Source of the DNA: a virus
Lineage: Duplodnaviria > Caudoviricetes
Direction: 5' to 3' (one strand)
Virus record (IMG/VR): IMGVR_UViG_3300037845_000029
Location: 1-53,725 of that record
Length of the DNA: 53,725 bases
The translations under genes and the position numbers were made by a program. How positions within the stretch are numbered: position 1 is the stretch's first letter; each line of letters opens with the position of its first letter. A model generated the notes under the pieces. It did not search any database and had not been told where the DNA came from. It saw only the letters and a list, made by a program, of their open reading frames with translations. Below are positions 9,724 through 18,810 of this stretch, in pieces.

Positions 9724-10080
9724 TCACGTGTAGGTCCAGAGGTCTAGCACCACGACGCGCGACCAAGTTGGCTTGCCTTTGATCCAGCCGGCCACTGGAA
9801 AGTCCTCCGGGCACACCAGCGTCCCCACGAGCGGATCGCGACTGCCGATGATGTCGATGGGCCGCAACGCCTTCAGTTCCGCATTGGCCTCATCAAGCTC
9901 TTTTTGGAGAGTTTCGATACGGCGGATCGCCTCCGCGTGGAGAATCCGTTCGTTACGGGGTTCGTTTCGCCATCGCCATATCTGTTTCGTTCCAAGGCAC
10001 GCGGTAACTACAATGGTGAGCACGACCGCAATTGCCTTGGCAACCAGGATAGATCGCGAGAATTGAAAGCGGGGGTTCAT
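9724..10080 (-). CDS. Membrane-anchored hypothetical protein
   Basis: ATG at 10080 overlaps the upstream stop; hydrophobic ILVAKAIAVVLTIVVTACLG followed by a coiled coil. Confidence 0.55.
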   Translation of the reverse strand: MNPRFQFSRSILVAKAIAVVLTIVVTACLGTKQIWRWRNEPRNERILHAEAIRRIETLQKELDEANAELKALRPIDIIGSRDPLVGTLVCPEDFPVAGWIKGKPTWSRVVVLDLWTYT

Positions 10081-10319
10081 TGTTTGGCCTCGGCCACAGG
10101 TCGCGGCCAGGGCCCGAAACGCCTTGGGCGCCCTCGCTTTGGCGCCGTCTTGAGCAACTCCCGGCATCGTTCCATGTCGGCATCGTCCAACAGTGTCGAA
10201 GGCGGGATCATGTTCGGCTTCCGCTTGCCGATGCCGTGCGCGAGGCAGAGGCGTTCGAGTCGCTTGTGGTGAACGCCTATGAGTGCGGCCGAGGCTCGGA
10301 TGCTGAGTCGTTTTTCCAT
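10077..10319 (-). CDS. Small excisionase/MerR-like HTH protein
   Basis: LSIRASAALIGVHHKRLERLC HTH-like segment and a C-terminal KRGRPR. Confidence 0.55.
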   Translation of the reverse strand: MEKRLSIRASAALIGVHHKRLERLCLAHGIGKRKPNMIPPSTLLDDADMERCRELLKTAPKRGRPRRFGPWPRPVAEAKQ

Positions 10320-10436
10320 AGTGGTTTGGAACATTGCAACCCATGTGCCGAAATAGGCAAAAAAACGTGCGCGTTGGGTACACGGTCGTCGGCCGGCCAT
10401 CCACCAAAATGATGACCCGCCTATGGGTGGTTTAGT

Positions 10437-10892
10437 CGCAACACGTTGTCACTAGCCTAGTTACGACATTTAGCCTTTCGTCTAATCGTCGTAAGCCTAT
10501 GCGCCGTAGAATCTTCCGACGATTCTAAACTCATAACGACAATCGGAACTAACATTGTACCGATTCCAGCATCGAAAACCGGCCGAAAACAGCCCGAAAG
10601 GTTGCGGCAGCCCCAGGCTGGCGGCGGGCTGATTGGTCCTGCTGGGCGAGCTGGTGCCGGTTGCGGTCGAGAATCGACACCAGGCCGCGGCAGCAGGCAC
10701 GGTAGGCGACCAGGGGGGATTCTGTCGGACGGTCGCGACCGACAGTATATAGCAGCCGATCGGCGATCTATGCTGCCGTTCCAAAATGAGACTGTCGCCG
10801 TAAGCGTATGACGTACATATCGTTACGTGCAGTCAGCCTGGCGTCAGTGCTGCCGTGTCTCGCCGTAAGCCTAATGCCAGCATAGCGTTACA
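10437..10892. repeat. Four 29-bp imperfect palindromes CG(T/C)AA-N19-TT(A/C)C(G/A) in the divergent intergenic region
   Basis: Copies at 10437-10465, 10490-10518, 10799-10827 and 10864-10892, all with identical spacing. Confidence 0.7.
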
Positions 10893-11027
10893 TATCTTTC
10901 CCATTTTGAGAAAAAGTGTCGCATAATTGAGTACACGATTAGGTAAGATAGGTAATGGTCTGGACGATTGCGGACGTTGGCAAGCGTGGATAGCGGCAGT
11001 CTACCTATACTTCCGAAAATTGTCCCA

Positions 11028-11044
11028 TTGGCACGATACCTGCT
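11028..11044 (+). promoter_or_regulatory. Putative sigma54 (-24/-12) promoter
   Basis: TGGCAC-GATAC-CTGCT, a near-consensus match to TGGCAC-N5-TTGC, about 35 nt upstream of the ATPase start. Confidence 0.5.
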
Positions 11045-11079
11045 ATATGTTGCTGGCATCAACCCAACCGGAGAATCCC

Positions 11080-11742
11080 GTGCAACTAAACGAAAAGTAT
11101 CGTCCGACGACATTCTCTCAAGTCGTCGGGCAAGAGAAGGTAGTCAAGTCAATCGAGCTCTTGCGTTCCCGCGGAGGTTTGGGCGGCCGCGCGTTCCTCT
11201 TGATCGGCCAGTCTGGAACGGGAAAGACGACGATCGGCCGGCTTATCGCTCAAGAGGTTGCGGACGTTGGCGCGACCGAAGAGGTTGACGCCGAATCCCT
11301 GACTCCAGCCCGCATTCTTGAGCTCGAGCGCCGCGCTTCTGGCAAAGTGCTTTGGGGCCGCGGCGGTTGGGCAGTAATCTGCAACGAGTGTCACGGGCTC
11401 TCCGCGGCCGCTATCCGCCAGCTACTCGTTACGCTTGAACGCATTCCGTCGCACGTTGTTTGGATTTTCACCACAACCAACGACGGCGCCGAAAACCTCT
11501 TCGACAAGCGGATTGACGCCAGCCCGCTAACCTCTCGTTGCGTCGAATTCAAGCTTTCGCGCCAGGGTCTTACCGCCGCTTTCGCGCGGCGGGCGCAAGA
11601 AATTGCGGTTGCCGAAGGCTTGGACGGCCAGCCGATCAAAGCATACGAGCGATTGCTCAAGGATTCCCGCAATAACCTCCGTACCGCGCTTTCCGCAATC
11701 GAGCGCGGCGCCATGCTCGTTTCCGATTCGACCGACGAATAA
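11080..11742 (+). CDS. Clamp-loader-type AAA+ ATPase (DnaX/RFC-like, short)
   Basis: LNEKYRPTTFSQVVGQ, Walker A GQSGTGKTT, Walker B-like ICNECHGL and SRC motif. GTG start after a GGAG RBS. Confidence 0.8.
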   Translation: MQLNEKYRPTTFSQVVGQEKVVKSIELLRSRGGLGGRAFLLIGQSGTGKTTIGRLIAQEVADVGATEEVDAESLTPARILELERRASGKVLWGRGGWAVICNECHGLSAAAIRQLLVTLERIPSHVVWIFTTTNDGAENLFDKRIDASPLTSRCVEFKLSRQGLTAAFARRAQEIAVAEGLDGQPIKAYERLLKDSRNNLRTALSAIERGAMLVSDSTDE

Positions 11743-11771
11743 CCACCATTTCCCTAGCCTTTGGAGTCACC

Positions 11772-12071
11772 GTGAAAACCTGCCATTGCAAACCGTGCAC
11801 CCTCCCGATTCCGCGCCCGTCGCCGATCTTGCGCGACGTGCGCGAAGCAAACCGTATCGCCGATTCGCTCGCGATTCTTCGCGTCGTCAGGACCCGCACC
11901 GATCTTGTCGCCGCGCACCAAAACGGCTTTCGCGTCAACGTGTGCGGGATGCTGGGCACGGTCGAGTCTCTCGAATTCCGGCCGGACGGCAATGCTGGCG
12001 TCAGGCTGCTTTGCCCGTCGGGTGCCTACCGTTTCTTCGTCGTCCGTTTCGGTGGCCGGCGCGCGGCCTGA
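11772..12071 (+). CDS. Hypothetical early protein
   Basis: GTG start preceded by CCCTAGCC and GGAG. Confidence 0.6.
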   Translation: MKTCHCKPCTLPIPRPSPILRDVREANRIADSLAILRVVRTRTDLVAAHQNGFRVNVCGMLGTVESLEFRPDGNAGVRLLCPSGAYRFFVVRFGGRRAA

Positions 12072-12153
12072 CGTTTCCGACTACCGCGCGGCTTAACCTC
12101 CGCGCGGAAGCCCGCAACGTCGCGGTAATACCCCCTAGCCTGGAGATACGACC

Positions 12154-12567
12154 ATGAAAACCGTCATCCTTTCCGACAACCGGCCAGGCCGCCGGCGCAC
12201 TCGCATCGTGGACCTCGACAACGTTGCCCAGCGCGCCGCAAATCGCGCGCTGGAATCCAAAGGCGCCGGTTTCGCCTGCTCGCACGGTGGCGCGGTGGCA
12301 AACGCCTACCGCTATCCTGCTGGCACCGATGCCGTTTTCGCCGTTGCCGTTCCCGCGCGCGACGGCGAGGTTATCGTTGCCGTATTCGCCGAACGGATTC
12401 CAGCGAACAAGGCGACTTTGGCCGGCGCCGCAACCGCCGCTTTTGGCGGGATGGCGCGCCCGATTTTCGACGATCGGTATGGCGATGAGGCGAGGCGCGC
12501 GGCACGCATCGCAGTGCGCGCCGCGGTCGAAGAACAATTGGCGCGCGAGCTCGCCGTTGCGGCCTAG
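12154..12567 (+). CDS. Hypothetical early protein
   Basis: ATG preceded by CCCTAGCC and GGAG. Confidence 0.7.
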   Translation: MKTVILSDNRPGRRRTRIVDLDNVAQRAANRALESKGAGFACSHGGAVANAYRYPAGTDAVFAVAVPARDGEVIVAVFAERIPANKATLAGAATAAFGGMARPIFDDRYGDEARRAARIAVRAAVEEQLARELAVAA

Positions 12568-12658
12568 CTTGCGGCCGACACTCCGCGCGGGTTGCGCCGC
12601 GCGGGTATGTCGGTCGGAGTCACCGGCCGGAATCCACCCTAGCCCCAGGAGTCAACCC

Positions 12659-12766
12659 ATGTCCCTTTCCGATCTTTTCCTTGTCGCTTCCCGCTACGCT
12701 TTGGCCCGCGGAGATTGGTTCGCCGCGCGCGAGCTGGCCCGCGCAGCCGATCGTATCGGCGAGTAG
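12659..12766 (+). CDS. Small hypothetical protein (35 aa)
   Basis: MSLSDLFLVASRYALARGDW..., preceded by CCCTAGCC and AGGAG. Confidence 0.55.
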   Translation: MSLSDLFLVASRYALARGDWFAARELARAADRIGE

Positions 12767-13234
12767 CACGCGCTTTCATCCCGCACACGACACACGATGG
12801 AGGTTTCCCGATGACAACCCGCACGATTCACCGTTGCTCTTGCGGGAAGCGCCGCAACCGCTACTCCACGCAATGCAATGCTTGCTCCGCCGCGCGGCAC
12901 CTGGCTTGCGTCACCGCGGCGCAAGCCATCGTCGCAACCGGCCAATGTCCCGATTGTGGGCGCGCACTCCGCCGCAACTCCGCTCTTACCGGCTGGTGGT
13001 ATCGCCCAGCGCAGCCCCGATTGCCCGACGGCTTTCGCTCGCCGTCGCACGACAGCGCTAATCGTGCATCCCGTCAGCCGTCCCGAGATGAAACACACTT
13101 ACGAGGTTTCGACCGCCGACATCCCCTTGCCGAAAACCATCACGGGCAGCCCCGCTTGACGACGTACCATCCGCGCGCCGGCCTCACCGCCGGCGCGCCA
13201 TTGTCCGCCGTCAACCCTAGCCGAAGGAGAAACA

Positions 13235-13495
13235 ATGCTTTACCGCAACCATTTCACCGAACCGCGCCGACAAACGCCCCGCAAACAGCGCCCGAAGGCG
13301 CCCGAGCCGCAAACGGTTCGCCGTATCGCGAAGGCGAACAACGGCACGCAGCAGACCTATTGGCTTTACACGGATGGACTCGTTTGGCTTTGCGAGATCC
13401 GCCGGTTGTCGAATTGCGGCACGCTGGCCGAATTCATGGACGCCGTTTCCAATGGGCACTTCCGAGTCGAGCTTGATCCGCAACCAACCGCTTGA
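13235..13495 (+). CDS. Hypothetical early protein
   Basis: Preceded by CCCTAGCC and AAGGAG. Confidence 0.7.
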   Translation: MLYRNHFTEPRRQTPRKQRPKAPEPQTVRRIAKANNGTQQTYWLYTDGLVWLCEIRRLSNCGTLAEFMDAVSNGHFRVELDPQPTA

Positions 13496-13612
13496 CAGCT
13501 TGGCGGACTGTAACGCGAGGTTTCGCGCCGCGCCGGTTGTCGAACCCGATCCCTACGACAACCGCCCGCAACTTCGCGGGAACAACCCCTAGCCCAGATG
13601 GAGAATCACAGC

Positions 13613-13915
13613 ATGACCAGCGCTCAAGAAATCGTGGAACGCGCGACGCGCGACAACCCCGGCCGACACTTCGCGATCAACCACGACGAAAGCCTCATCG
13701 GCGTATGGTCGCCGGACCGCGGACGGTACGTTGCGGTCGCATCCCTGGCAATTACTGGCGAATGGGTGGCCATGCCTTACGAGATCCTGGCGAACGGCCA
13801 GCCGATGCACCTTCCAGCCGATTGGCCGGCACCGCCAATCCCGCAGCCAAAGGGATGGCCGCTATCACTCCGGCCGGGCAGGGCGAAGCGCGGCATCGTC
13901 GACGGAACAGTCTAA
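13613..13915 (+). CDS. Hypothetical early protein
   Basis: Preceded by CCCTAGCC and GGAG. Confidence 0.65.
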   Translation: MTSAQEIVERATRDNPGRHFAINHDESLIGVWSPDRGRYVAVASLAITGEWVAMPYEILANGQPMHLPADWPAPPIPQPKGWPLSLRPGRAKRGIVDGTV

Positions 13916-13974
13916 CCGCCAGTCTAACCGCAACCCCCTTTTCACCTTTCCTAGCCCACGGAGAACCCCTGCCC

Positions 13975-14679
13975 ATGACCGACAAATCGAGAATGACCGA
14001 CTGGACCAGCACCGCCGGACCACGGCAAACAAAAGCCGCCACGGAGGCGCTATCGCAACTCCGCTTCCGCGGGAAATTTCATGTCGAGATTACCGACCAC
14101 GGACGGACGGAACTCATGCCGTTCACCGCCGAGCCGTGCCAAGCCTGCCTTGACGCCCTGGCAGCGATCCACGCCAAGCACGCCGGCACCATCACCGTCG
14201 AGAACTATCGGGCCATCGTCGCCGAAGCCGACGCCGCGCGCGTCGCCCTGGTCCTGCCGGAAGTCGACGCACGGCCGGACGACGCCGAGCGCGCCAGCCG
14301 CGCCGCCTACGCAGCCGAGCGCGCGGCCGAAGATGAGAAAGCCGAAGCCGAGCTTGCCGCCAGCAAGGCGCGCTTTGCCGGGCGCATCCCGCAATGGGCT
14401 GATGCCTTGATCGTCGCCCACCTCCACGAGAACACGTCGGACAGCATGACCGATTACCACGGGCACACCACCGCGCGCACCGTGCTTATCGGTTTCCGCA
14501 AGGGGAAGCGCGAGGACTTCCGCCAACTCCGCGCGGCCGCCGCAACGTTCCTCGAGACCGCCCATCTTGGCCCCGGTTGCGGGTCGTACACGATTCGCGC
14601 CTACTGGACGGCGCGCACTTCACGACGCTGGCCGAAGCTACCGCCGCAATCGAAAACAGCGCCGAGGACATGCGATTGA
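13975..14679 (+). CDS. N-terminal part of a large methyltransferase-fusion gene (apparently frameshifted)
   Basis: Motif, RBS and ATG at 13975. The plausible protein runs to ...LETAHLGPG (about 14575), then appears to continue in the -1 frame ORF 14577..16427. Confidence 0.55.
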   Translation: MTDKSRMTDWTSTAGPRQTKAATEALSQLRFRGKFHVEITDHGRTELMPFTAEPCQACLDALAAIHAKHAGTITVENYRAIVAEADAARVALVLPEVDARPDDAERASRAAYAAERAAEDEKAEAELAASKARFAGRIPQWADALIVAHLHENTSDSMTDYHGHTTARTVLIGFRKGKREDFRQLRAAAATFLETAHLGPGCGSYTIRAYWTARTSRRWPKLPPQSKTAPRTCD

Positions 14680-16427
14680 GTGACAGCGGAATCGAGGGGC
14701 GGATTGAGTACCGCATTCAAGAGGAGCAAATCGAACACCGCGAAGTCTACAGTATGGGCCACGGGAACTACCTGAAACACGGCCATAGCGATAGCTCCGG
14801 CTGGTCGGTCGAATCCGAACCGCTCGACTACCTGAACCGCCGCCCCCTGGAAGATGGCTTGCCCGTCGCACCGCCGACGACCTCGACCACGCCGAACAAA
14901 GCTTACGAGATCCAGAAGCACCACCACACGAAACGCGGTTTCGACTTTTGGCTGATCGTCCTGGCCGCCAAGGTGGACCGCGCCGAATTCGAGCGCCTGC
15001 GCGCATCGTGCGAGACCGCCGGCGGGTGGTATTCCCGGCAATGGGGCCGGACGCCGGGCGGGTTCGCCTTCAAATCGCAGCACACCGCCGAGGAGTGGGC
15101 CAGCTCCGCGCTGGACGGACAACCGGCCGAGCCCAAAGCCGCCCCTCCACGCGAATCGTGGGGCGTTTGCGAGCGTTGCAAGGCAGCCCAAGGCTACGCC
15201 GTTGGGTACGCGGCGCGGATGCTCTGCCTTTGCGACGACTGCCGCGGGCCAGCGCTGACGTGCCTTTCCGCCTCATTCGGCGGGTCGATGTTCCCGATGC
15301 CGACGAGGGAGTCGAAGCCGACGACGGCACCGACCTACGACGCCCAGCAGAAGGCGCGCCGCTTCCGCGACTTGGCCGACGCCATGCAAAAGGACGTCGA
15401 CCACGCACTGCGCCACATGACCCAGAACCCCACGCCGAAGCGCCTGCGCGAGTATGCTAGCCGCAAACTGGACGGCGCGAACCTTGAACGTGGCCAGAAG
15501 GCACTCCGCGCACTGGCCGACGCGTGGGACGCCGGCACCGTGCCCGCAATCCTTCAAAGCCTGCGCACCAAGACGGAGATCCTGCCTTTGGTCCGCCATG
15601 CGAGCGAATCGAGCGGATACTACGATTGCCACGACTCAGGCAAGTATGCCGACACGTCACCCGTCGCCGTCGCCTTGCAAGAGTTGACGGACGGAGCCGC
15701 GACCGCCGAGCAGCGCGCCGACCAAGCCGAACGCGAGCGGCGCGACACCATCGAACGGATGGAGCACGCCCTGCACGGTTGCGACATCCCCGGATTTTTC
15801 CCCACGCCGCCCGCGCTCATCCAGCGCATGCTTGCCGCCGCCGACATCCGCGAGGGGCAACTCATCCTTGAGCCCAGCGCCGGCAAAGGCGACATCGCCG
15901 ACGCAATCCGTGCCCGCCACGGCGCGACCGTTGCCGTTACTTGCGTCGAACGGTCGTACAAGCTTCGCGAGATCCTGGCAGCCAAGGGGCACGACCTGGC
16001 GAAGCACGACGACATCATGGAATGCGACGCGCACGACTTTTACGACGCGGCGATTATGAATCCGCCTTTCGAGCGTGGCAGCGATGCCGACCACGTGCGC
16101 AAAGTGTACGACATGCTGAAACCGGGCGGCCGATTGGTGGCGATCGTTTCCGGTGGCACGCTCCAGCGCTCAGACCGGAAGGCGACGGACTTTCAGAATT
16201 GGCTTTCCGACCTGGACGCCTACACCGAGACCATCGACGCAGGAAGCTTCACCGGTCCCGAAGCTTTCCGCCAAACGGGAGTAGCCAGCGCCCTTGTCGT
16301 GATCGACAAGCCACCGACGCCGGCGCAACTCGCCGAGGCGCCCCGCGCCAAGCTTAACCCCGAGGTTTCGACCACGGCCGAACGCGCGACCGGAATCTTG
16401 CGGATGGCCAACATGCTGTTGTTCTGA
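14577..16427 (+). CDS. Multi-domain protein with C-terminal N6-adenine DNA methyltransferase
   Basis: GFFPTP, motif I LEPSAGKG, motif IV MNPPF and LKPGGRLVAI. Confidence 0.85.
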   Translation: MRVVHDSRLLDGAHFTTLAEATAAIENSAEDMRLSDSGIEGRIEYRIQEEQIEHREVYSMGHGNYLKHGHSDSSGWSVESEPLDYLNRRPLEDGLPVAPPTTSTTPNKAYEIQKHHHTKRGFDFWLIVLAAKVDRAEFERLRASCETAGGWYSRQWGRTPGGFAFKSQHTAEEWASSALDGQPAEPKAAPPRESWGVCERCKAAQGYAVGYAARMLCLCDDCRGPALTCLSASFGGSMFPMPTRESKPTTAPTYDAQQKARRFRDLADAMQKDVDHALRHMTQNPTPKRLREYASRKLDGANLERGQKALRALADAWDAGTVPAILQSLRTKTEILPLVRHASESSGYYDCHDSGKYADTSPVAVALQELTDGAATAEQRADQAERERRDTIERMEHALHGCDIPGFFPTPPALIQRMLAAADIREGQLILEPSAGKGDIADAIRARHGATVAVTCVERSYKLREILAAKGHDLAKHDDIMECDAHDFYDAAIMNPPFERGSDADHVRKVYDMLKPGGRLVAIVSGGTLQRSDRKATDFQNWLSDLDAYTETIDAGSFTGPEAFRQTGVASALVVIDKPPTPAQLAEAPRAKLNPEVSTTAERATGILRMANMLLF

Positions 16428-16515
16428 CCGACCCGACGACTCCCGGCACCGCCACGGTAGCGCGTGGCGGACCTGGCAGCCGTTTGAAACCCCTAGCCCA
16501 CGGAGAACCCACGAC

Positions 16516-17055
16516 ATGACCGCGACCTCACACACCTTGACTTGCCAAATGGAAGACGGATGCACCGCGCCCGTTACCCACATCGACAACAAGGGATACA
16601 TCTATTGCGAGCGGCATGGCATCGAGCGGCGCGACGTGCGCCCATGCCGGAAGCTGCTGGCCCGCGAATTGCGCTTGCTCCGCGCCGACCAGGCGATCCA
16701 CTGGGATAGCAAGCTGAACGTCGAGACGACAACCACCACGCCGCACACCACCGGCAAATGGGAATTCAAAGGCGAATGCGAACCATTGCCAAACGACGGC
16801 AGCTCGCAATTCCAGATTTGGCAAGGCAACCGCGTCATCGCCGTTGTCGTTTCCACGGAAGAAGAGTCGATCGGCGTGAGCGAGGGTATCGCCAACGCGA
16901 GGCTCTTGGCGGCCGCGCCGGATTTGCTCGAAGCCTGCGAGCTTGCCCTTAGCCGGCTGAAACCCGCCGGCAGCGTTAAGAAAGACTTTTCAGGCCACGT
17001 AGCACACGCGGCATTGTCAAAGGCCATCGCCCGCGCGAAAGGGGGTGACGCATGA
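16516..17055 (+). CDS. Phage hypothetical protein
   Basis: Common phage motif ANARLLAAAPDLLEAC; CCCTAGCC and GGAG leader. Confidence 0.7.
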   Translation: MTATSHTLTCQMEDGCTAPVTHIDNKGYIYCERHGIERRDVRPCRKLLARELRLLRADQAIHWDSKLNVETTTTTPHTTGKWEFKGECEPLPNDGSSQFQIWQGNRVIAVVVSTEEESIGVSEGIANARLLAAAPDLLEACELALSRLKPAGSVKKDFSGHVAHAALSKAIARAKGGDA

Positions 17056-17429
17056 CGACGGCCTGGACCTACCGCCCGCATCCCGAACCGGATGAACGCC
17101 CGATCGGCTTTTGGGTCGATCGAACGAACCTAGACGGCGGATGCTCGCCCGTCGCCGACGTGTACGACGGAGAGGAAGGCGAGCAGTGGGCACGCCTCAT
17201 CGCTACGGCACCCGAAGCAGTGGATTTCCTCATCCAGTACCTTTGGAGCGAACACGGAATCTGCGCAGCCGACGACGAGGCCGCGCCGTACTCGCCAGAA
17301 CAACTCCGCGACATGGCCCAAGCGATCGTCGCCAAGGCCCGCGGGCAATCCGCAGCCGAACGCGACCTGGATTGCATCGCCGGACACGACGCGCGGGAAG
17401 CGCGGCGCGCAGAAAGGCGGGACGGATGA
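17052..17429 (+). CDS. Phage hypothetical protein
   Basis: ATGA coupling; ARLIATAPE motif related to the upstream gene. Confidence 0.65.
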   Translation: MTTAWTYRPHPEPDERPIGFWVDRTNLDGGCSPVADVYDGEEGEQWARLIATAPEAVDFLIQYLWSEHGICAADDEAAPYSPEQLRDMAQAIVAKARGQSAAERDLDCIAGHDAREARRAERRDG

Positions 17430-18305
17430 ACTCAACGCAAATCAACCACGTCAAGGGACTCGCGGCGCGGATGCTCGAAACACTCGACCATACGCCACGC
17501 GGGCCGCAAAAGGTGCTCGACGAATTGTTGCCGTGCGCCGAGTTTTTCAACGGCATCACCGCGCCGAACGACCGACCGCCGGTTGCCGTCTACCTCACGC
17601 TTGGGGGGCGGCAATATCGACGTGTCCGAGGCAAGAACCGCTGGCTCACCACGAGGAACCCATGACACCCCGCGATGGACTGGCCGAGATGATCCGCCAC
17701 CACTACCGCACCGCCGGAGAATCGGCTACGACGGAGGCAGCCGAAAAGGGACTGGCCGCTTTCGACGCGATGCTGGCCACGCTTGAACGAATCGTCAAGC
17801 TGGGCAACAGCGAGGACACGAGCCTAGCCGATTTTTACTTCGCCGCCGAGGATGCCGAAAAAGCTCTCGATGAGACGACATAATCACCGACTCCCCGGCT
17901 AGGGAGCACCGCCGCGCCCGGCAGCTCGTTGCGGCCGGGCCGGCGGGTTTCAAAACGCGAAAGGACCACGACCACCATGAACAGTCCACGACCAAAGCAG
18001 CCCAACGGTGCCCATCAAAAGGCATGTTCGGTGCCGATTGCCCGTGATGCGTCGCACCATCCCCAGGGAACCCCATGACCCCCGCCGAAGTCCACGCCCT
18101 GATGATCGGCTGCGCCGCGGAGCGCGAACGCGAGGGCAGCCCGTTTCGACCGCCGCCGAGCGCGATGGCTCGATTGATCGTTGCCGCCGTCGTCGTCACC
18201 GTGATCCTGGCAACGACACTTCGATTCGCCGTGGCATTGACGAATTGGACTAGGCCGAGACCGACTGAACCGGCCACGGCACGGAGATTGCACGAATGAT
18301 GAGAT

Positions 18306-18530
18306 ATGAGCACCAAATCCATGACACTCAGCCAAGCCGCCGAGGCGCTCGGAATCAGCGTCAGCACGGTTGCGAGACGGGCCGCCACGCTGAAACTTGG
18401 CACGCGACTGGCCGACAATTTCGTGCTACTCACCCCCGCCGAAGTCGAGCGAATCCGCAAATTCAAGGGCGAGCGCGGGCCGAAGTCCGCCGACGTTGTA
18501 TCGAAAAGTGATACACGCGCCGCGGTTTAG
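18306..18530 (+). CDS. Small excisionase-like HTH protein
   Basis: MTLSQAAEALGISVSTVARRA HTH. Confidence 0.7.
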   Translation: MSTKSMTLSQAAEALGISVSTVARRAATLKLGTRLADNFVLLTPAEVERIRKFKGERGPKSADVVSKSDTRAAV

Positions 18531-18597
18531 ACACACCGTTTCGGGTGGCATCGTCCAGCGATTATAGTTTTCAGCCGGTTTTACGAATCGAAGAAAC

Positions 18598-18613
18598 TGG
18601 CACACGTATTGCA
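18598..18613 (+). promoter_or_regulatory. Sigma54 (-24/-12) promoter
   Basis: Perfect consensus TGGCAC-ACGTA-TTGCA in an intergenic region. Confidence 0.65.
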
Positions 18614-18655
18614 ATATGTCGGTCGTAACCGGGGCCAAGAAAGGGAAACGACGAG

Positions 18656-18783
18656 GGGATCTCTGGGCATGGCCGGTGCGCGATGGCGGCCGGTTGGGTT
18701 GGCCGAGTTTGGAGAAATCCTAAACGAGACTCGGCACGGCACATCCGTGACAGGTTCGAGTCCTGTCCATCCCCAGCGATCCC
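18656..18783 (+). ncRNA. tRNA-like structured RNA (non-canonical cloverleaf)
   Basis: Canonical T-arm ACAGG-TTCGAGT-CCTGT (18750-18766), variable-arm-like hairpin CACGG/CCGTG, stem GCCGAGT/ACTCGGC and a long closing stem. No normal anticodon loop. Confidence 0.55.
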
Positions 18784-18810
18784 TATAACCGGGGCCAAAC
18801 GAGGAAAGAC

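Larger units (their letters stand above)
11752..16505 (+). promoter_or_regulatory. Dispersed CCCTAGCC-N1-5-GGAG leader motif (7 copies)
   Basis: Copies at 11752, 12133, 12637, 13215, 13587, 13950 (CCTAGCC) and 16491. Each is intergenic and sits directly before an RBS and start codon. Confidence 0.85.

Noticed and set aside
10497-10811. Short ORFs in the divergent junction
   Set aside because: No RBS or protein-like features; the region is better explained as cis-acting DNA.
18718-18724. TCCTAAA in the tRNA-like RNA as a CUA amber-suppressor anticodon that might explain the TAG at 33530
   Set aside because: It is not enclosed by a proper 5-bp anticodon stem and lacks U33. Other genes end normally at TAG.
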